Below are positions 27,242 to 37,699 of a stretch of 64,000 bases of DNA, piece by piece. A program made the position numbers and the translations under genes. Under the pieces are notes generated by a model, which did not search any database, had not been told where the DNA came from, and saw only the letters and a list, made by a program, of their open reading frames with translations. Source of the stretch: an uncultured delta proteobacterium (GTDB lineage: Bacteria > Myxococcota > B64-G9); the NCBI GenBank assembly GCA_963754925.1, contig CAVWHX010000004.1:416001-480000 (forward strand). The letters are read 5' to 3'. Positions within the stretch are counted from its first letter, which is position 1, and each line of letters starts with the position of its first letter.

Positions 27242-29080
27242 TCATCGGCGGCGCTGCTGCGCGGGCGCACGTTGAGGTTTCTTTCCGATCTTCTTTTCGA
27301 GCTTTTTCTCGATTTTGAGTTCCGCGGTTGCTTCCTCCGGCCAGTCAGATGGTTCCACCGCAACCTTGACCGGATGGTATCCTTTGAGATCCAACGTAAG
27401 TTTCATACTCTTTCTCACTAAATAATTGTTGAATGTGTAGGGCGTCTTGCCCAACGGCCGGGTGCCATCTTGGATGAGGATTGCGCCCGGCGGCGTGGAA
27501 GTGATCAACAAGGTACCCGTGCGCTCCTCCAACCCTCGCTCGATGACGAAGGGTTGATCGGCTTCCAAATTAACGTCGCCTTCCCAATTCAAATACCCGG
27601 GATGTATCAGTTTGATCCGATGCGGACCCGGGCGTAGGTTCAGGAGCTGGGGCGGATTACCCTGCGGCTTGACCAGATCGCCATCAACAAAAACCAGCGC
27701 GCCTTCAGGCGTCACCTTCAATTCCACTGCCCCGGCAAAGCGATTACCGGACGGGCCCGCGCCGGTCTGGACGGTCTCGCCCGTGTCCCTGACCAACGAA
27801 TAGACGAGCAGTGCAGCGAGTAAAATCACCGCTGCGAGGACGCCTCCCAGGCGCAACAAGGTCGTTTTCTGACGCTTTTTACCGAGGCCCCCGGCTTCGA
27901 TCGCCATAACGGTCTCACCGCCGGCGAAGCGTTTCTGTGGAGCCTGATACGGGGGCTCTCCCGCTTCGAGCTTGCCAAGAGGAGTAGGGACCGACCCTGG
28001 TGCATCGGTCGGAGCCGGCAGCTCCTCAATCGCGGGTCCTGTCGAGGGAGGTTGACGTTCTGGTGCCGCCTCAGGGGTCACCCGCTGCAACTCATCACCC
28101 TGGGCCAACCATTGACTCGTCGCCTCGCCAAAAGAAAAACGACCCTTCTGAGGTGATCGGCCTGAAAAAGTATCCAGCAGTAACGCGGCCAGACTCTCGG
28201 CGTTAGCCTGATGATCCCAATGCTTGAGAAACGCCGTGAGCGTACCGCGCAGGGCGTCGGCCGAGGGAGGACGATCGGTCGGGTTTTCTCCCAAGCAACT
28301 CTGCACCACGCGATCGAGTTCGGTTGGGATGTCGGTGAAGACGCTCGATGGCGGACGGGCATTGACGGTTTCTATCAGAGTTTGTCGCTTTTCCGACCGA
28401 TCTGAGGCGTGCAGCTTCTGGCCGGTCAGCAGCTCGTACAATACCACCCCACAGGAAAAGATATCGGCGCGCGCATCCAACGACTGTTCGCCGATCGCTT
28501 CGGGCGCGAAATACGTAAACTGGTACGCAAACTGAGATGGAATGTTTTTATGACGCCGAAAGATCGCCCGCGCCAATCCAAAGTCTACCAGCTTTACCGC
28601 GCCTCGTGCGGAGATCACAATGTTCGGGGGGCAAACGCCGCCATGCACGATGCCCAGCATGTTGCCGAACGGATCCTTGAGGCTGTGCGCGAACGATAAA
28701 CCCGCGAGCACCTCGCTCATGACATACAACGACAGGGTTGGCGGGAAACGCTGGCCTTGTTCAACCAGTGATTGCATGAGAGAACCCAGGTTCGTTCCCT
28801 CGATGTATTCCATGGCGATAAAATAAGAATGCTCGACCCGGCCCCACTCGTACACGCGGGCAATGTTGGGGTGGTCGAGCGCGGCGGCGATGCGCGCTTC
28901 ATCCACAAACATGGCTGCGAACTCGGGGTTGGCAACCACCTCCGGGCGGAGGCGCTTGATGACCACCGCAAGATCTCGTCCGCCGGGGACGCGTGTCTGC
29001 GCCTGGTAGAGATCAGCCAGCCCGCCGGTGGCAAGTTTGACGAGCAATTGGTACTTACCGTATGGTATCGGCTCGCTCAT
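27242..29080 (-). CDS. Hanks-type Ser/Thr kinase-like protein with TM and PEGA domains; probable pseudokinase
   Basis: VIKRL, EARI, HPNI, MEYIEG, DFG, APE, DIFSCG retained; catalytic loop is HGGVCPPN instead of HRDxxPxN. Confidence 0.88.
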   Translation of the reverse strand: MSEPIPYGKYQLLVKLATGGLADLYQAQTRVPGGRDLAVVIKRLRPEVVANPEFAAMFVDEARIAAALDHPNIARVYEWGRVEHSYFIAMEYIEGTNLGSLMQSLVEQGQRFPPTLSLYVMSEVLAGLSFAHSLKDPFGNMLGIVHGGVCPPNIVISARGAVKLVDFGLARAIFRRHKNIPSQFAYQFTYFAPEAIGEQSLDARADIFSCGVVLYELLTGQKLHASDRSEKRQTLIETVNARPPSSVFTDIPTELDRVVQSCLGENPTDRPPSADALRGTLTAFLKHWDHQANAESLAALLLDTFSGRSPQKGRFSFGEATSQWLAQGDELQRVTPEAAPERQPPSTGPAIEELPAPTDAPGSVPTPLGKLEAGEPPYQAPQKRFAGGETVMAIEAGGLGKKRQKTTLLRLGGVLAAVILLAALLVYSLVRDTGETVQTGAGPSGNRFAGAVELKVTPEGALVFVDGDLVKPQGNPPQLLNLRPGPHRIKLIHPGYLNWEGDVNLEADQPFVIERGLEERTGTLLITSTPPGAILIQDGTRPLGKTPYTFNNYLVRKSMKLTLDLKGYHPVKVAVEPSDWPEEATAELKIEKKLEKKIGKKPQRAPAQQRRR

Positions 29081-29104
29081 GGTGACCCCCAGCGTCGTAA
29101 TAGG

Positions 29105-30652
29105 TTACCCACGCTTCTTCTCCCGGCGCAGGTTGATCAGGCGCAGTTCGCGCAAGGCTTCGGTGCAATCAGGATTGCACTGGATCGCTTTCTCGAACTC
29201 GTGTTCAGCCGACTCAAGATCTTCCATCGATTTGTAAACGTAACCGAGGAATAAATGAGCCTTATCGAGCTTGGGGTTAAGTGCGACTGCCAAGACCAGT
29301 TGCTCGCAGGCCTGGCGTTGGCGCTGAGTATTTTTTGGCGCGCTTTGGAAGAGTGCCCAGCCGAGAAAGGCATGGAACTCGCTTTCTTCGGGGCGCAGCT
29401 GCAGCGCCTGTTCAAAGAGGTCACGGGCCTTTCCGTAGTCGCGCTTGTTCAAAGCCTGTTCGCCCTGCTGAAACAGCCCTTCCGACGATAAAATCTTGGA
29501 TACGTGATTCCTCACGCCGGGCCGGCCGCCGCCGGAAAGGTCTTCGAGGTATTCCGCCCGACGATCGTCGTTGCTGAGCACATCATGGGCCTTGGAGATG
29601 ATGCGAAAAAATTCCTCCGCCAGCTTGCGAATCTCGTGAGAAGCGCTGGCGTACAGTCGATCGGGGTGATGCTGCTTGGCCAACGCAAAATAGGCTTTCT
29701 CAATCTCGGCCTTGGTTGCGTTCTTGGGAATCTTCAGCATATCAAAATAGTCTTGACCGTTGAGTTTATCTATTTGCTGGATGATTTGATCGCGCAGGCG
29801 GCGTTCCTCGGGGGAGAGCCCAGCGTACGCGGGCATCGGACTGAGGGGCTGGTGCGAAGGCTCCTTGATCTCAGCCGCGGGCAATGGCGTGATCCTGACC
29901 ATTCGAGCGCATATAAGCGCGTACACTAATGCATAGATCTTATTCTTGGCCATCCCAGACTCAAAGACCTGGCGCACGGTCCAGGTTCCGTTAATGCGCG
30001 CCACAAAAGATTCCTCGTTCAGATCGAGCTCCATGTCCTGAAAGCGAAACAGCGGATCAGGGTGCGGCGCAAGGTAGTGATCGAGATCGGCGTCGAACAA
30101 CTTCTTAAGCCGTTCGAAGGTGTACTTCTGTCGAATACCTTCGTAGATGAGCACGGCGACCGTGCTCCCCAGCGTGACCGTCGAACGAGGGAGCCGGCTT
30201 CGCGAACTGAATTGGTACTCACCTCGTTCCCAGCCAAATACATCAAAGAGCTTGGTGCGCAGTTGCAGATCGAGCGCATAGTTGAGGTTGTGGGATGAGA
30301 TGCTGCCCATTTCGATCAGCACCGCGCCTTGTTGACGCCCGGAACGATGCATGCGCTGAATTGATTCCGCACAGTCCGCCTCGGAAATCATCTTTTCGCG
30401 CACCAGGATCTTTCCCAGACATTCTTTAAGCAAATTGGATTTGGCGGCCACCGGAAAACCGTTTTTGAAGTACACAATTTTTTTGATTTTCCCCTGGGAC
30501 AGCAACAAGCCGCCGCTGGCTTTTTCGCGGAAGAAACGAGCCAAGAGCTCGGGAAATGAATCCTCCCGCAGATTGCCCCGCTGCGCACCAACAAACGCCT
30601 GTGCGCTTCGTTCAACTTCCTGTTGTTCGGGATTGAAGTCGGTCTTGCTCAC
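29105..30652 (-). CDS. DUF4388-like + DnaJ J-domain + TPR protein
   Basis: GNLREDSFPELL and KIVYFKNG; J-domain YFDML...HHPDR; C-terminal TPR repeats. Confidence 0.8.
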   Translation of the reverse strand: MSKTDFNPEQQEVERSAQAFVGAQRGNLREDSFPELLARFFREKASGGLLLSQGKIKKIVYFKNGFPVAAKSNLLKECLGKILVREKMISEADCAESIQRMHRSGRQQGAVLIEMGSISSHNLNYALDLQLRTKLFDVFGWERGEYQFSSRSRLPRSTVTLGSTVAVLIYEGIRQKYTFERLKKLFDADLDHYLAPHPDPLFRFQDMELDLNEESFVARINGTWTVRQVFESGMAKNKIYALVYALICARMVRITPLPAAEIKEPSHQPLSPMPAYAGLSPEERRLRDQIIQQIDKLNGQDYFDMLKIPKNATKAEIEKAYFALAKQHHPDRLYASASHEIRKLAEEFFRIISKAHDVLSNDDRRAEYLEDLSGGGRPGVRNHVSKILSSEGLFQQGEQALNKRDYGKARDLFEQALQLRPEESEFHAFLGWALFQSAPKNTQRQRQACEQLVLAVALNPKLDKAHLFLGYVYKSMEDLESAEHEFEKAIQCNPDCTEALRELRLINLRREKKRG

Positions 30653-30826
30653 CTACGTACCCCGCTCACTTGCGAATAACCACCTCACACACCGACCGAG
30701 GCGCTCGCTCGATCGAAAAATTCTCACCGTATAAGGCTAGTATAAAAGAATCCCGCTTCACCTGGCAAGTGCGAAACCAAAAAAACTGCAATTCTTTTTC
30801 GGGTGTTGTTCTGAAATGAAATGCTT

Positions 30827-32251
30827 TTAGGACCCGGCCATGGCGGGATCAAACTGCGAAGAAGCCACGCTATCGCGGAACGCCTTCTCCAAGAGTTCGC
30901 GGTTTTCCTTGTACCATCGACGTCCCTGGAGGGCGCCATAGCGATTGATCACGACGGCTCGAAATTTGCCGCGCATGAGGAATCCGAGCCCGCGGCGCAG
31001 GGAGTATACCTTCTTGGTGGCTTTAGTGGTTTCATTCATCAAGGTGTAGGGAGACATATTTTTGGCGCGAAAGACCGCATGGTGGGCATCGTACAGCGAC
31101 CAATCGTGGGTGAGGATGCGATCCTCGGCTTCCATTTCATTAAATACCTGCGTGCCGGGCAAGGGAACCAGCATCAACAATTGGACCGAATCGATGCGTT
31201 CTTTACAGACAAAACGGGCCGTCTCGCGGATGGTATCAACGGTGTCGGTATCCGCCCCGAGAATAAACATGCCGTGGACGAACATCCCATACTTATGGAA
31301 CCGCCGAATCGCCAGGCGAATGTCGTCAAGCGCCTGGTGTTTGTGCAGCAACGCCAATGACTCGTTGTTTATTGATTCGAAGCCCACAAAAACCGACCCG
31401 CACCCCGAGCGCTGCATCAACGCAAGCATTTCCTCGTCCTGCGCCGCCCGCACCGAAACTTGTGTGCACCACGTAGGTAAAAATACCTGGCGGGTAAGAA
31501 GGTAATCGAGCAAGTTTTTGGTGCGCGTGGGCGAGGCGCAGAAATTATCATCATAGAAAAAGACCCCATCCCCTTTTCCGCGATGGCGCTCAAGCTCCTC
31601 GGCGACGTGCTCACGCGACGCAAACCGCATCTTGTGACCGAATATCGTGGTCACCGAGCAAAACTTGCAGCGGTGCGGACACCCGCGCGAGGTCTGCATC
31701 GGAATTATCCCGCGGTGGAAGCGCCGGTTTTTCATCCCGGCTATGAGAGACATGTCCGGGATCGGTACTTCGTCGAGTACTATCGGCTTTCTCTCAAGCG
31801 GGTTATGCCGAACCTGACCGTCGAGATAAAAGCTGAGACCGGGAATATCTTCGGGGGAACCGACGCCATCGAGCATGTCCAAAAAGAGAGGGAAGCTTCG
31901 TTCCGCCTCGCCGCGGATGACATAGTCGGCATGCTGCAGCGCCTCATCGGGTAAAAACGTTACATGCGGGCCCCCCATGACGACGGTGACGCCACACGCA
32001 CGTGCCTCGTCGGCTAAACGGTACGCTGACAACGCCGTCGAGGTAATGGTGGATACGCACACCAAATCAGCCTCACGCACCTTTGCCATGTCGATCGGAG
32101 AAAGTTCCTCGATAACCACCGAAACATCGCATCCGCGCCGCGCCGCAATAGTGCCCAAGATCGGTAACCCAAGTCGCGGGAGGGGATACCGAGAAAAGAT
32201 GTGCTTGCCCGGTGATCGCGGTTCGATCATGATGATTTTCTTTACTCTCAT
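30827..32251 (-). CDS. B12-binding radical SAM protein (copy 2)
   Basis: MGGPHVT, GEAE, TSRGCPHRCKFC, YDDNF, VGFES, PLPGT. Confidence 0.93.
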   Translation of the reverse strand: MRVKKIIMIEPRSPGKHIFSRYPLPRLGLPILGTIAARRGCDVSVVIEELSPIDMAKVREADLVCVSTITSTALSAYRLADEARACGVTVVMGGPHVTFLPDEALQHADYVIRGEAERSFPLFLDMLDGVGSPEDIPGLSFYLDGQVRHNPLERKPIVLDEVPIPDMSLIAGMKNRRFHRGIIPMQTSRGCPHRCKFCSVTTIFGHKMRFASREHVAEELERHRGKGDGVFFYDDNFCASPTRTKNLLDYLLTRQVFLPTWCTQVSVRAAQDEEMLALMQRSGCGSVFVGFESINNESLALLHKHQALDDIRLAIRRFHKYGMFVHGMFILGADTDTVDTIRETARFVCKERIDSVQLLMLVPLPGTQVFNEMEAEDRILTHDWSLYDAHHAVFRAKNMSPYTLMNETTKATKKVYSLRRGLGFLMRGKFRAVVINRYGALQGRRWYKENRELLEKAFRDSVASSQFDPAMAGS

Positions 32252-32264
32252 ATCTCCTCCAAAA

Positions 32265-32282
32265 AACCAACCGGTTGGTTAA
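32265..32282. promoter_or_regulatory. perfect palindrome AACCAACCGGTTGGTT, putative TetR operator
   Basis: 16 bp perfect inverted repeat (32265-32280) just upstream of the RBS of copy 2. Confidence 0.6.
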
Positions 32283-32341
32283 CAATCATTGTTCACTCGA
32301 AGGAATGCAGTCCGAGGGAACAGGTTGCCGGGACCGTCGTT

Positions 32342-33766
32342 TTAGGACCCAGCCATGGCAGGATCAAACTGCGATGAAGCCAAACTGTTGCGTAACGCCT
32401 CCTCCAAGAGCTCGCGGTTTTCCTTGAGCCAACGGCGTACCTGGTGTGCGCCATAGCGATTGATGACCACGGCGCGCATATTCCCGCGCAGGAGGAATCC
32501 GAGCCCGCGGCGAAGGGAGTACACCTTGCTGGTGGCTTTGGTGGCTTCATGCATTAAGGTGTAGGGAGACATGTTTTTGGAGCGAAAGACGGCGTGGTGG
32601 GCATCGTAGAGCGACCAATCGCGGGTGAGGATGCGATCCTCGGCTTCCATTTCTTTAAAAACCGACGTGCCCGGCAAGGGAACCAGGATCAACAACTGGA
32701 CTGAGTCGATGTGTTCTTTACAGATAAAGCGGGCCGTCTCGTGGATGGTCTGTACCGTGTCGGTATCGGCCCCGAGGATAAACATGCCGTGGACGTGCAT
32801 ACCATACTTATGGAAGCGCCGGACCGCCAGGCGAATGTCGTCAACCACCTGCCGTTTATGGAGCAACGCCAAGGACTCGTTGTTGATTGATTCGAAACCC
32901 ACAAAGACCGACCCGCACCCCGAGCGCTGCATTAAGGCAAGCATCTCCTCGTCCTGCGCCGCGCGCACCGAAACCTGCGCGCACCACGTGGGTAAGAACA
33001 CCTTACGGGTAAGCAGATAGTTGAGTAAGTTCTTGGTACGCGTAGGCGAGGCACAGAAATTGTCGTCATAGAAAAATACCCAATTACCTTTTCCACGATG
33101 GCTCTCGAGCTCCTCGGCCACGCGCTCATGAGAGGCGAAACGCATCTTGTGACCGAATATCGGCGTCACTGAGCAAAACTTGCAGTGGTGCGGACACCCG
33201 CGCGAGGTCTGCATCGGAATCACCCCACGGTAGAAGCGTCGGTTTTTCATCCCGGCTAGTAATGACATGTCCGGGATCGGCACTTCGTCGAGCAAGAGTG
33301 GTTTTGGATCAAGCGGATTATGCCGAACCTGGCCGTCGAGGTAAAAACTGAGCCCGGGAACATCCTCGGGCGAACCGACACCGTCGAGCATGTCCAAAAA
33401 GAGAGGGAAGCTTCGTTCCGCCTCGCCGCGGATGACATAGTCGGCATGCTGCAGCGCCTCATCCGGCAGAAACGTTACGTGGGGCCCCCCCGTCACGACC
33501 GTGACGCCGCACGCGCGCGCTTCGTCGGCCAACCGATACGTTGACAGCGCCGTCGAGGTGATGGTGGAGAGGCAGAGCAAATCGGCCTCACGGACCTTCG
33601 CCATGTCAATGGGTGCAAGCTCTTCGATAATTACCGAAACATCGCATCCGCGCCGCGCCGCAATAGTGCCGAGGATGGGCAACCCAAGCCGCGGAAGGGG
33701 ATACCGAGAATAGATGTGCTTGCCCGGCGACCGCGGTTCGATCATGATGATTTTTTTTACACGCAT
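32342..33766 (-). CDS. B12-binding radical SAM protein (copy 1)
   Basis: Same length (474 aa from ATG 33766) and about 89% identical to copy 2 by manual count; CPHHCKFC. Confidence 0.93.
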   Translation of the reverse strand: MRVKKIIMIEPRSPGKHIYSRYPLPRLGLPILGTIAARRGCDVSVIIEELAPIDMAKVREADLLCLSTITSTALSTYRLADEARACGVTVVTGGPHVTFLPDEALQHADYVIRGEAERSFPLFLDMLDGVGSPEDVPGLSFYLDGQVRHNPLDPKPLLLDEVPIPDMSLLAGMKNRRFYRGVIPMQTSRGCPHHCKFCSVTPIFGHKMRFASHERVAEELESHRGKGNWVFFYDDNFCASPTRTKNLLNYLLTRKVFLPTWCAQVSVRAAQDEEMLALMQRSGCGSVFVGFESINNESLALLHKRQVVDDIRLAVRRFHKYGMHVHGMFILGADTDTVQTIHETARFICKEHIDSVQLLILVPLPGTSVFKEMEAEDRILTRDWSLYDAHHAVFRSKNMSPYTLMHEATKATSKVYSLRRGLGFLLRGNMRAVVINRYGAHQVRRWLKENRELLEEALRNSLASSQFDPAMAGS

Positions 33767-33778
33767 GTTTCCTCCAAA

Positions 33779-33796
33779 AACCAACCCATTGGTTAA
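33779..33796. promoter_or_regulatory. imperfect palindrome AACCAACCCATTGGTT, putative TetR operator
   Basis: Same position relative to the RBS as the site at 32265. Confidence 0.55.
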
Positions 33797-33855
33797 CAAT
33801 TACCCCCCTTGCGGGGATAAGAGGCTGTAACGCTCACTTCGTTCGCTAACAGCCT

Positions 33856-34694
33856 CTAAGGTCTCTTGCACCCCAAACTATGAAACACGACATCTAACAT
33901 CATATCACGACGTTCTTTCAGCATTTTTTCGCTTAAAGGATCCTCGCCAAACATCATGCGGACAAACTCGGCATTCGAAAAATATCCCATTGTCATGTCA
34001 TAGATAGTGATCAGCAAATGGCGCGCGTTGATCTTTTGGAAGGCGCCTGCGCTGATACCAGCCCTGATGAACGTCACCCCACGGTCGAACAGCGGCTTAA
34101 AAATGTCTCCGCAAGCCGCGTGAGATACCTATCGTTGCTGCCTAATTCCATACTAGTCAAGCGTGAGAAGTTTTTGTGGGTGGCCACATAATCGAAAAAA
34201 CCAATCAAAAATCGTTCCAGTTGTTTTTGAAAAGACAGGTCATCGCGCACTGATTCTTGTTGTAATTTGATTAGATCAAAAAGGATCTTATCGAGTACCG
34301 CGTGATAGAGTTTCTCCTTGCTGTCGAAGTAGTAATGGATCATAGCCTTATTAACATTGGCCAGCGAAGCGATCTCTTGAGTATGCGCGCCCGCAAAACC
34401 CTTCTTGGCAAATACTGATTCAGCGGCGAAAATAATTCGCTCGCGCGGATCGCGGACACTCTTAAGCTTACGGATAAAGTCAGTTCCAAACTCCTTGGCG
34501 GCTGATTCCTCGAAAGCTTTCCTCTCCTTTTTGTCTCGCCGCGCGGTGCGGGCGGCTTCAGCCTGAACGTCTGCCAATAACGCCTCGGGAGACCAGTCGT
34601 TGTCTTCGATCTGCTCCTGCGGATTCCAGTCATTCGGATCGGCAGACCTATCCTGCGTCACAATAAGCTTAAGCCTGGGATCTTCTTCGGACAT
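33856..34694 (-). CDS. TetR/AcrR family regulator, -1 frameshift in an A5 run at 34099-34103
   Basis: AAESVFAKKGF, IASLANVNKAMIHYYFDSKEKLY HTH; restoring one base joins ETFF-KPLFDRGVTFIRAG; span is 3n-1. Confidence 0.85.
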
Positions 34695-34701
34695 GCAAAC
34701 G

Positions 34702-34730
34702 AGTTAACCGCATGGTTAATTTTCTGTCAA
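34702..34730 (-). promoter_or_regulatory. tetR promoter with overlapping palindrome TTAACCGCATGGTTAA
   Basis: Minus strand TTGACA (34730-34725), N17, TTAACT; palindrome at 34704-34719; ATG 8 nt after the -10. Confidence 0.5.
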
Positions 34731-34784
34731 GAAAAAAGGGGGTATTGATAATCAAATTAGTTGAATATAGCCTCTGCAAAAAAA

Positions 34785-36155
34785 TTATGCTTTTTTTATG
34801 CCGAGTTGCTTGATTTTTTTGTGAAGATTAGTGCGTTCGATGCCCAACGCTTCTGCAGTTCGAGTAATATTCCAACTATACTCCCTCAGTTTAGCTTGAA
34901 CATAATCGCGTTCGATCTCATCCCGAAGCTCTTTTAAACTCATTCCATTAAACTGTTTGACTTCAATGGCTGCCTCCCCGCTATCGATATAGTCGGGAAC
35001 ATTCTCGGGAGTAATGCGCTCGCCGCTCATGATCACCATACGTTCGGTGACATTCTTGAGCTCGCGCACATTCCCGGGCCAATGATAGCGGCGCAGTTTT
35101 AAAATGACACCAGGTTCGAGCTCCTTGTGACGAAAACCGTTTTCAGCGCAAAATTCTTCAACAAACTTGGCCACCAATAAGGGAACGTCATCGAGGTGCT
35201 CCCGCAATGCGGGACAGCGCAGCGGCACCACATTGAGTCGAAAGTACAGATCGTCGCGGAACGTCCCCGCGGCCACGGCGCTGGAAAGATCTTTGTTAGT
35301 GGCGGCGATCACCCGCACATCCACCTGTATCGTGCGCTCACCGCCAACGTGCGTCAGCTCACCGGTCTGTAGTACGCGGAGTACTTTAGCTTGGGCGTTT
35401 TGGCTCATGTCGCCAATCTCGTCAAGAAACAGCGTCCCGCCGTTCGCCAATTCGAACTGACCCTTCTTCCGGCCGGTTGCGCCAGTGAAGGCGCCGCGTT
35501 CGTAGCCGAACAACTCACTTTCGATCAGCTCGGCAGGAATAGCCGCGCAGTTGACCTTAACGAAGGGTCGATCAGTCCGCTTGGAAAGTTTATGGATGGC
35601 GCGCGCCACCAATTCCTTGCCGGTACCGCTCTCGCCGGTGATCAGCACCCGCCCGTTGGTCGGGGCGACCTTCCGTATCTCATCAAATAAATGAATTATA
35701 GACGGGCTCTGCCCAATGAGCTGGTAGCGTTCCTCGATCTGGTCTTGCAGCGTGCTGAGTTGTTTGGCGAGCCTGACCTTTTCCAAGCAATTATGAACCG
35801 AAAGCAACACCCGATCGCGATCGAGCGGCTTTTCAAGCACATCATAGGCGCCCAAACGGGTGGCCTCGACCGCGTCATGAATGGTGGCGTGCCCCGAGAT
35901 CATGATCACCTCGACCGCTGGCCAGTCCTTGCGAACACGACCGAGGAGTTCCATCCCATCCATACCCGGCAGCTTGATATCGAGCAACAGCACGTCGGAG
36001 GCATCCTCCTGCATTATGCGCAACGCTTCCTCGGCTGAGCCACAATCGCTGACGTTGAGGTTTTCACCTTCAAGAATCATTCGCAGGGTACGACGGATAT
36101 TCTTTTCATCATCGACAATCAGCAGCTTGGCGTCCAACGGATTTACTGACTCCAC
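34785..36155 (-). CDS. sigma54-dependent response regulator (NtrX/NtrC family)
   Basis: REC (IVDDE, LLDIKLP), GESGTGKE, GAFTGA, WPGNVREL, Fis-type HTH; GGAGG before GTG 36155. Confidence 0.92.
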   Translation of the reverse strand: MESVNPLDAKLLIVDDEKNIRRTLRMILEGENLNVSDCGSAEEALRIMQEDASDVLLLDIKLPGMDGMELLGRVRKDWPAVEVIMISGHATIHDAVEATRLGAYDVLEKPLDRDRVLLSVHNCLEKVRLAKQLSTLQDQIEERYQLIGQSPSIIHLFDEIRKVAPTNGRVLITGESGTGKELVARAIHKLSKRTDRPFVKVNCAAIPAELIESELFGYERGAFTGATGRKKGQFELANGGTLFLDEIGDMSQNAQAKVLRVLQTGELTHVGGERTIQVDVRVIAATNKDLSSAVAAGTFRDDLYFRLNVVPLRCPALREHLDDVPLLVAKFVEEFCAENGFRHKELEPGVILKLRRYHWPGNVRELKNVTERMVIMSGERITPENVPDYIDSGEAAIEVKQFNGMSLKELRDEIERDYVQAKLREYSWNITRTAEALGIERTNLHKKIKQLGIKKA

Positions 36156-36193
36156 GTCGTTTCCTCCTCGTAAGATTCCCGCTGCGTTCTCTA

Positions 36194-37673
36194 TCACGCG
36201 GCTTGGCTCCGCAGGCGGATGATAAAAACCGTCCCGCGTTGTTCGCCGTCGGCAACCGAAATTTCGCCGCCGTGCTGCAAGATAATCTTTTTCACAATCG
36301 CCAGTCCCAGTCCAGTGCCGGTCGCCTTGGTGGTGAAATATGGCTGAAAGATGCGCTCGCGCGCCTCGGGCGACAATCCGCGTCCGTGGTCAATGACGCT
36401 CAGGGTTCCGAAGCCGTGCTCATCACCAATCTCGATGCGCACGCGGTCGTGCTCGTCGCTCGCTTCCAGCGCGTTGCTGACCAAGTTGATGAGCACTCGA
36501 CTCAGTTAACGCCCGGTCAAGTTCCACCCGCACCGGTTGGTAATAGGGCTCAAACTCAACGCGCTCAGAAAGCTGCGGGTTATGCTTAAGAAACTCGGCC
36601 ACAAAACTGTTGAGTTCCCCGGGCGTGGGAGCGGCGGCAGGCATCCTGGCGAATTCGGAGAACGTTTCCACCATCCGTCGAAGCGCTCCGACCTCATCCT
36701 CGACGATTTCCAACGCATCTTTGAGCTTGCCGACAAAGACCGGATCGTCGCCACGGTAGGAGCGGTGCAGCTCTTGGATAACCAGCTGGATCGGTGTCAG
36801 GGGATTTTTTATCTCATGCGCCAAGCGCCGTGCGATCTCTTGCCAGGATGATACCTTCTCAAGGTAGACGATGCGATCGCGGCTGCGCTGGATCTCATCC
36901 AACATGCTGTTGAAAGATTGGGCCAGCAATTCGATTTCATCGCTGCCTCTGGTCGGCACCCGCACCGCCAGGTTGCCCGCGCCAGCCTGCCTCGTGGCTT
37001 TCGCGAGGGCGTTGACTCGTTTGGTAACGCTGCGGGAGAGCCAAACACCGAGTACCACCGCCGCCACCAAGATCCAAATATAGATGAATAAAAATTTTCG
37101 ATAGTAACCGATCTTGAGCGGTTGTAAGTTGGCCTCAAGCGTATCAACGGTCTGCACCAGGTCGCGCAGTTTGTCAGATTTCTCCAGAAATTCGCTTGAA
37201 ATGCCGAAGGTCAGCTCCAGAAGATAGCCTGGCACGATAGGCCAGCGATCGGTTTTGAACTTCCATGCCTTCTCCGTAGGTTCCGTCGGGTTATGGGCCT
37301 GTGCAAAGGGCGTGTCTGCCCCGATAAGCACCCGCGCCTGGGATATCCAAGGATTGTCTGTTAGCAACTCCTGCAGCCGCTCCCTCACGAGCGTCTCCTG
37401 TCCCCCGCCTACCTCACGCTGAAAAGCGGGATCGCGAACAAGGGCCTGACCCTGGAGGCGAGCGATGCGCATGCGCGATTCAATCGCTTCTTTATACAAG
37501 TCCACCTCATCACGCAGGGCGGTGAGGACCCGCTGGTTGATCCCGATCGCCATGCTTTCCTCCACCAAACGGCCAATCATGAGCAGCGTGAAAATCAGCG
37601 GTGCGGCGGCCGTCACAAGCAGCGCCAGAATGATCTTCCACTCAAAGGTGCCTATCCGCCGCAAGGGGAACAT
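36194..37673 (-). CDS. HAMP sensor histidine kinase (NtrY-like), +1 frameshift near 36507
   Basis: Two TMs, HAMP, LAHEIKNPLTP; HATPase (NLVSNA, DHGRG, GTGLGL) in the next frame; span is 3n+1. Confidence 0.87.
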
Positions 37674-37699
37674 CTCGGAATCATTCCTTCCTAGGTCTA

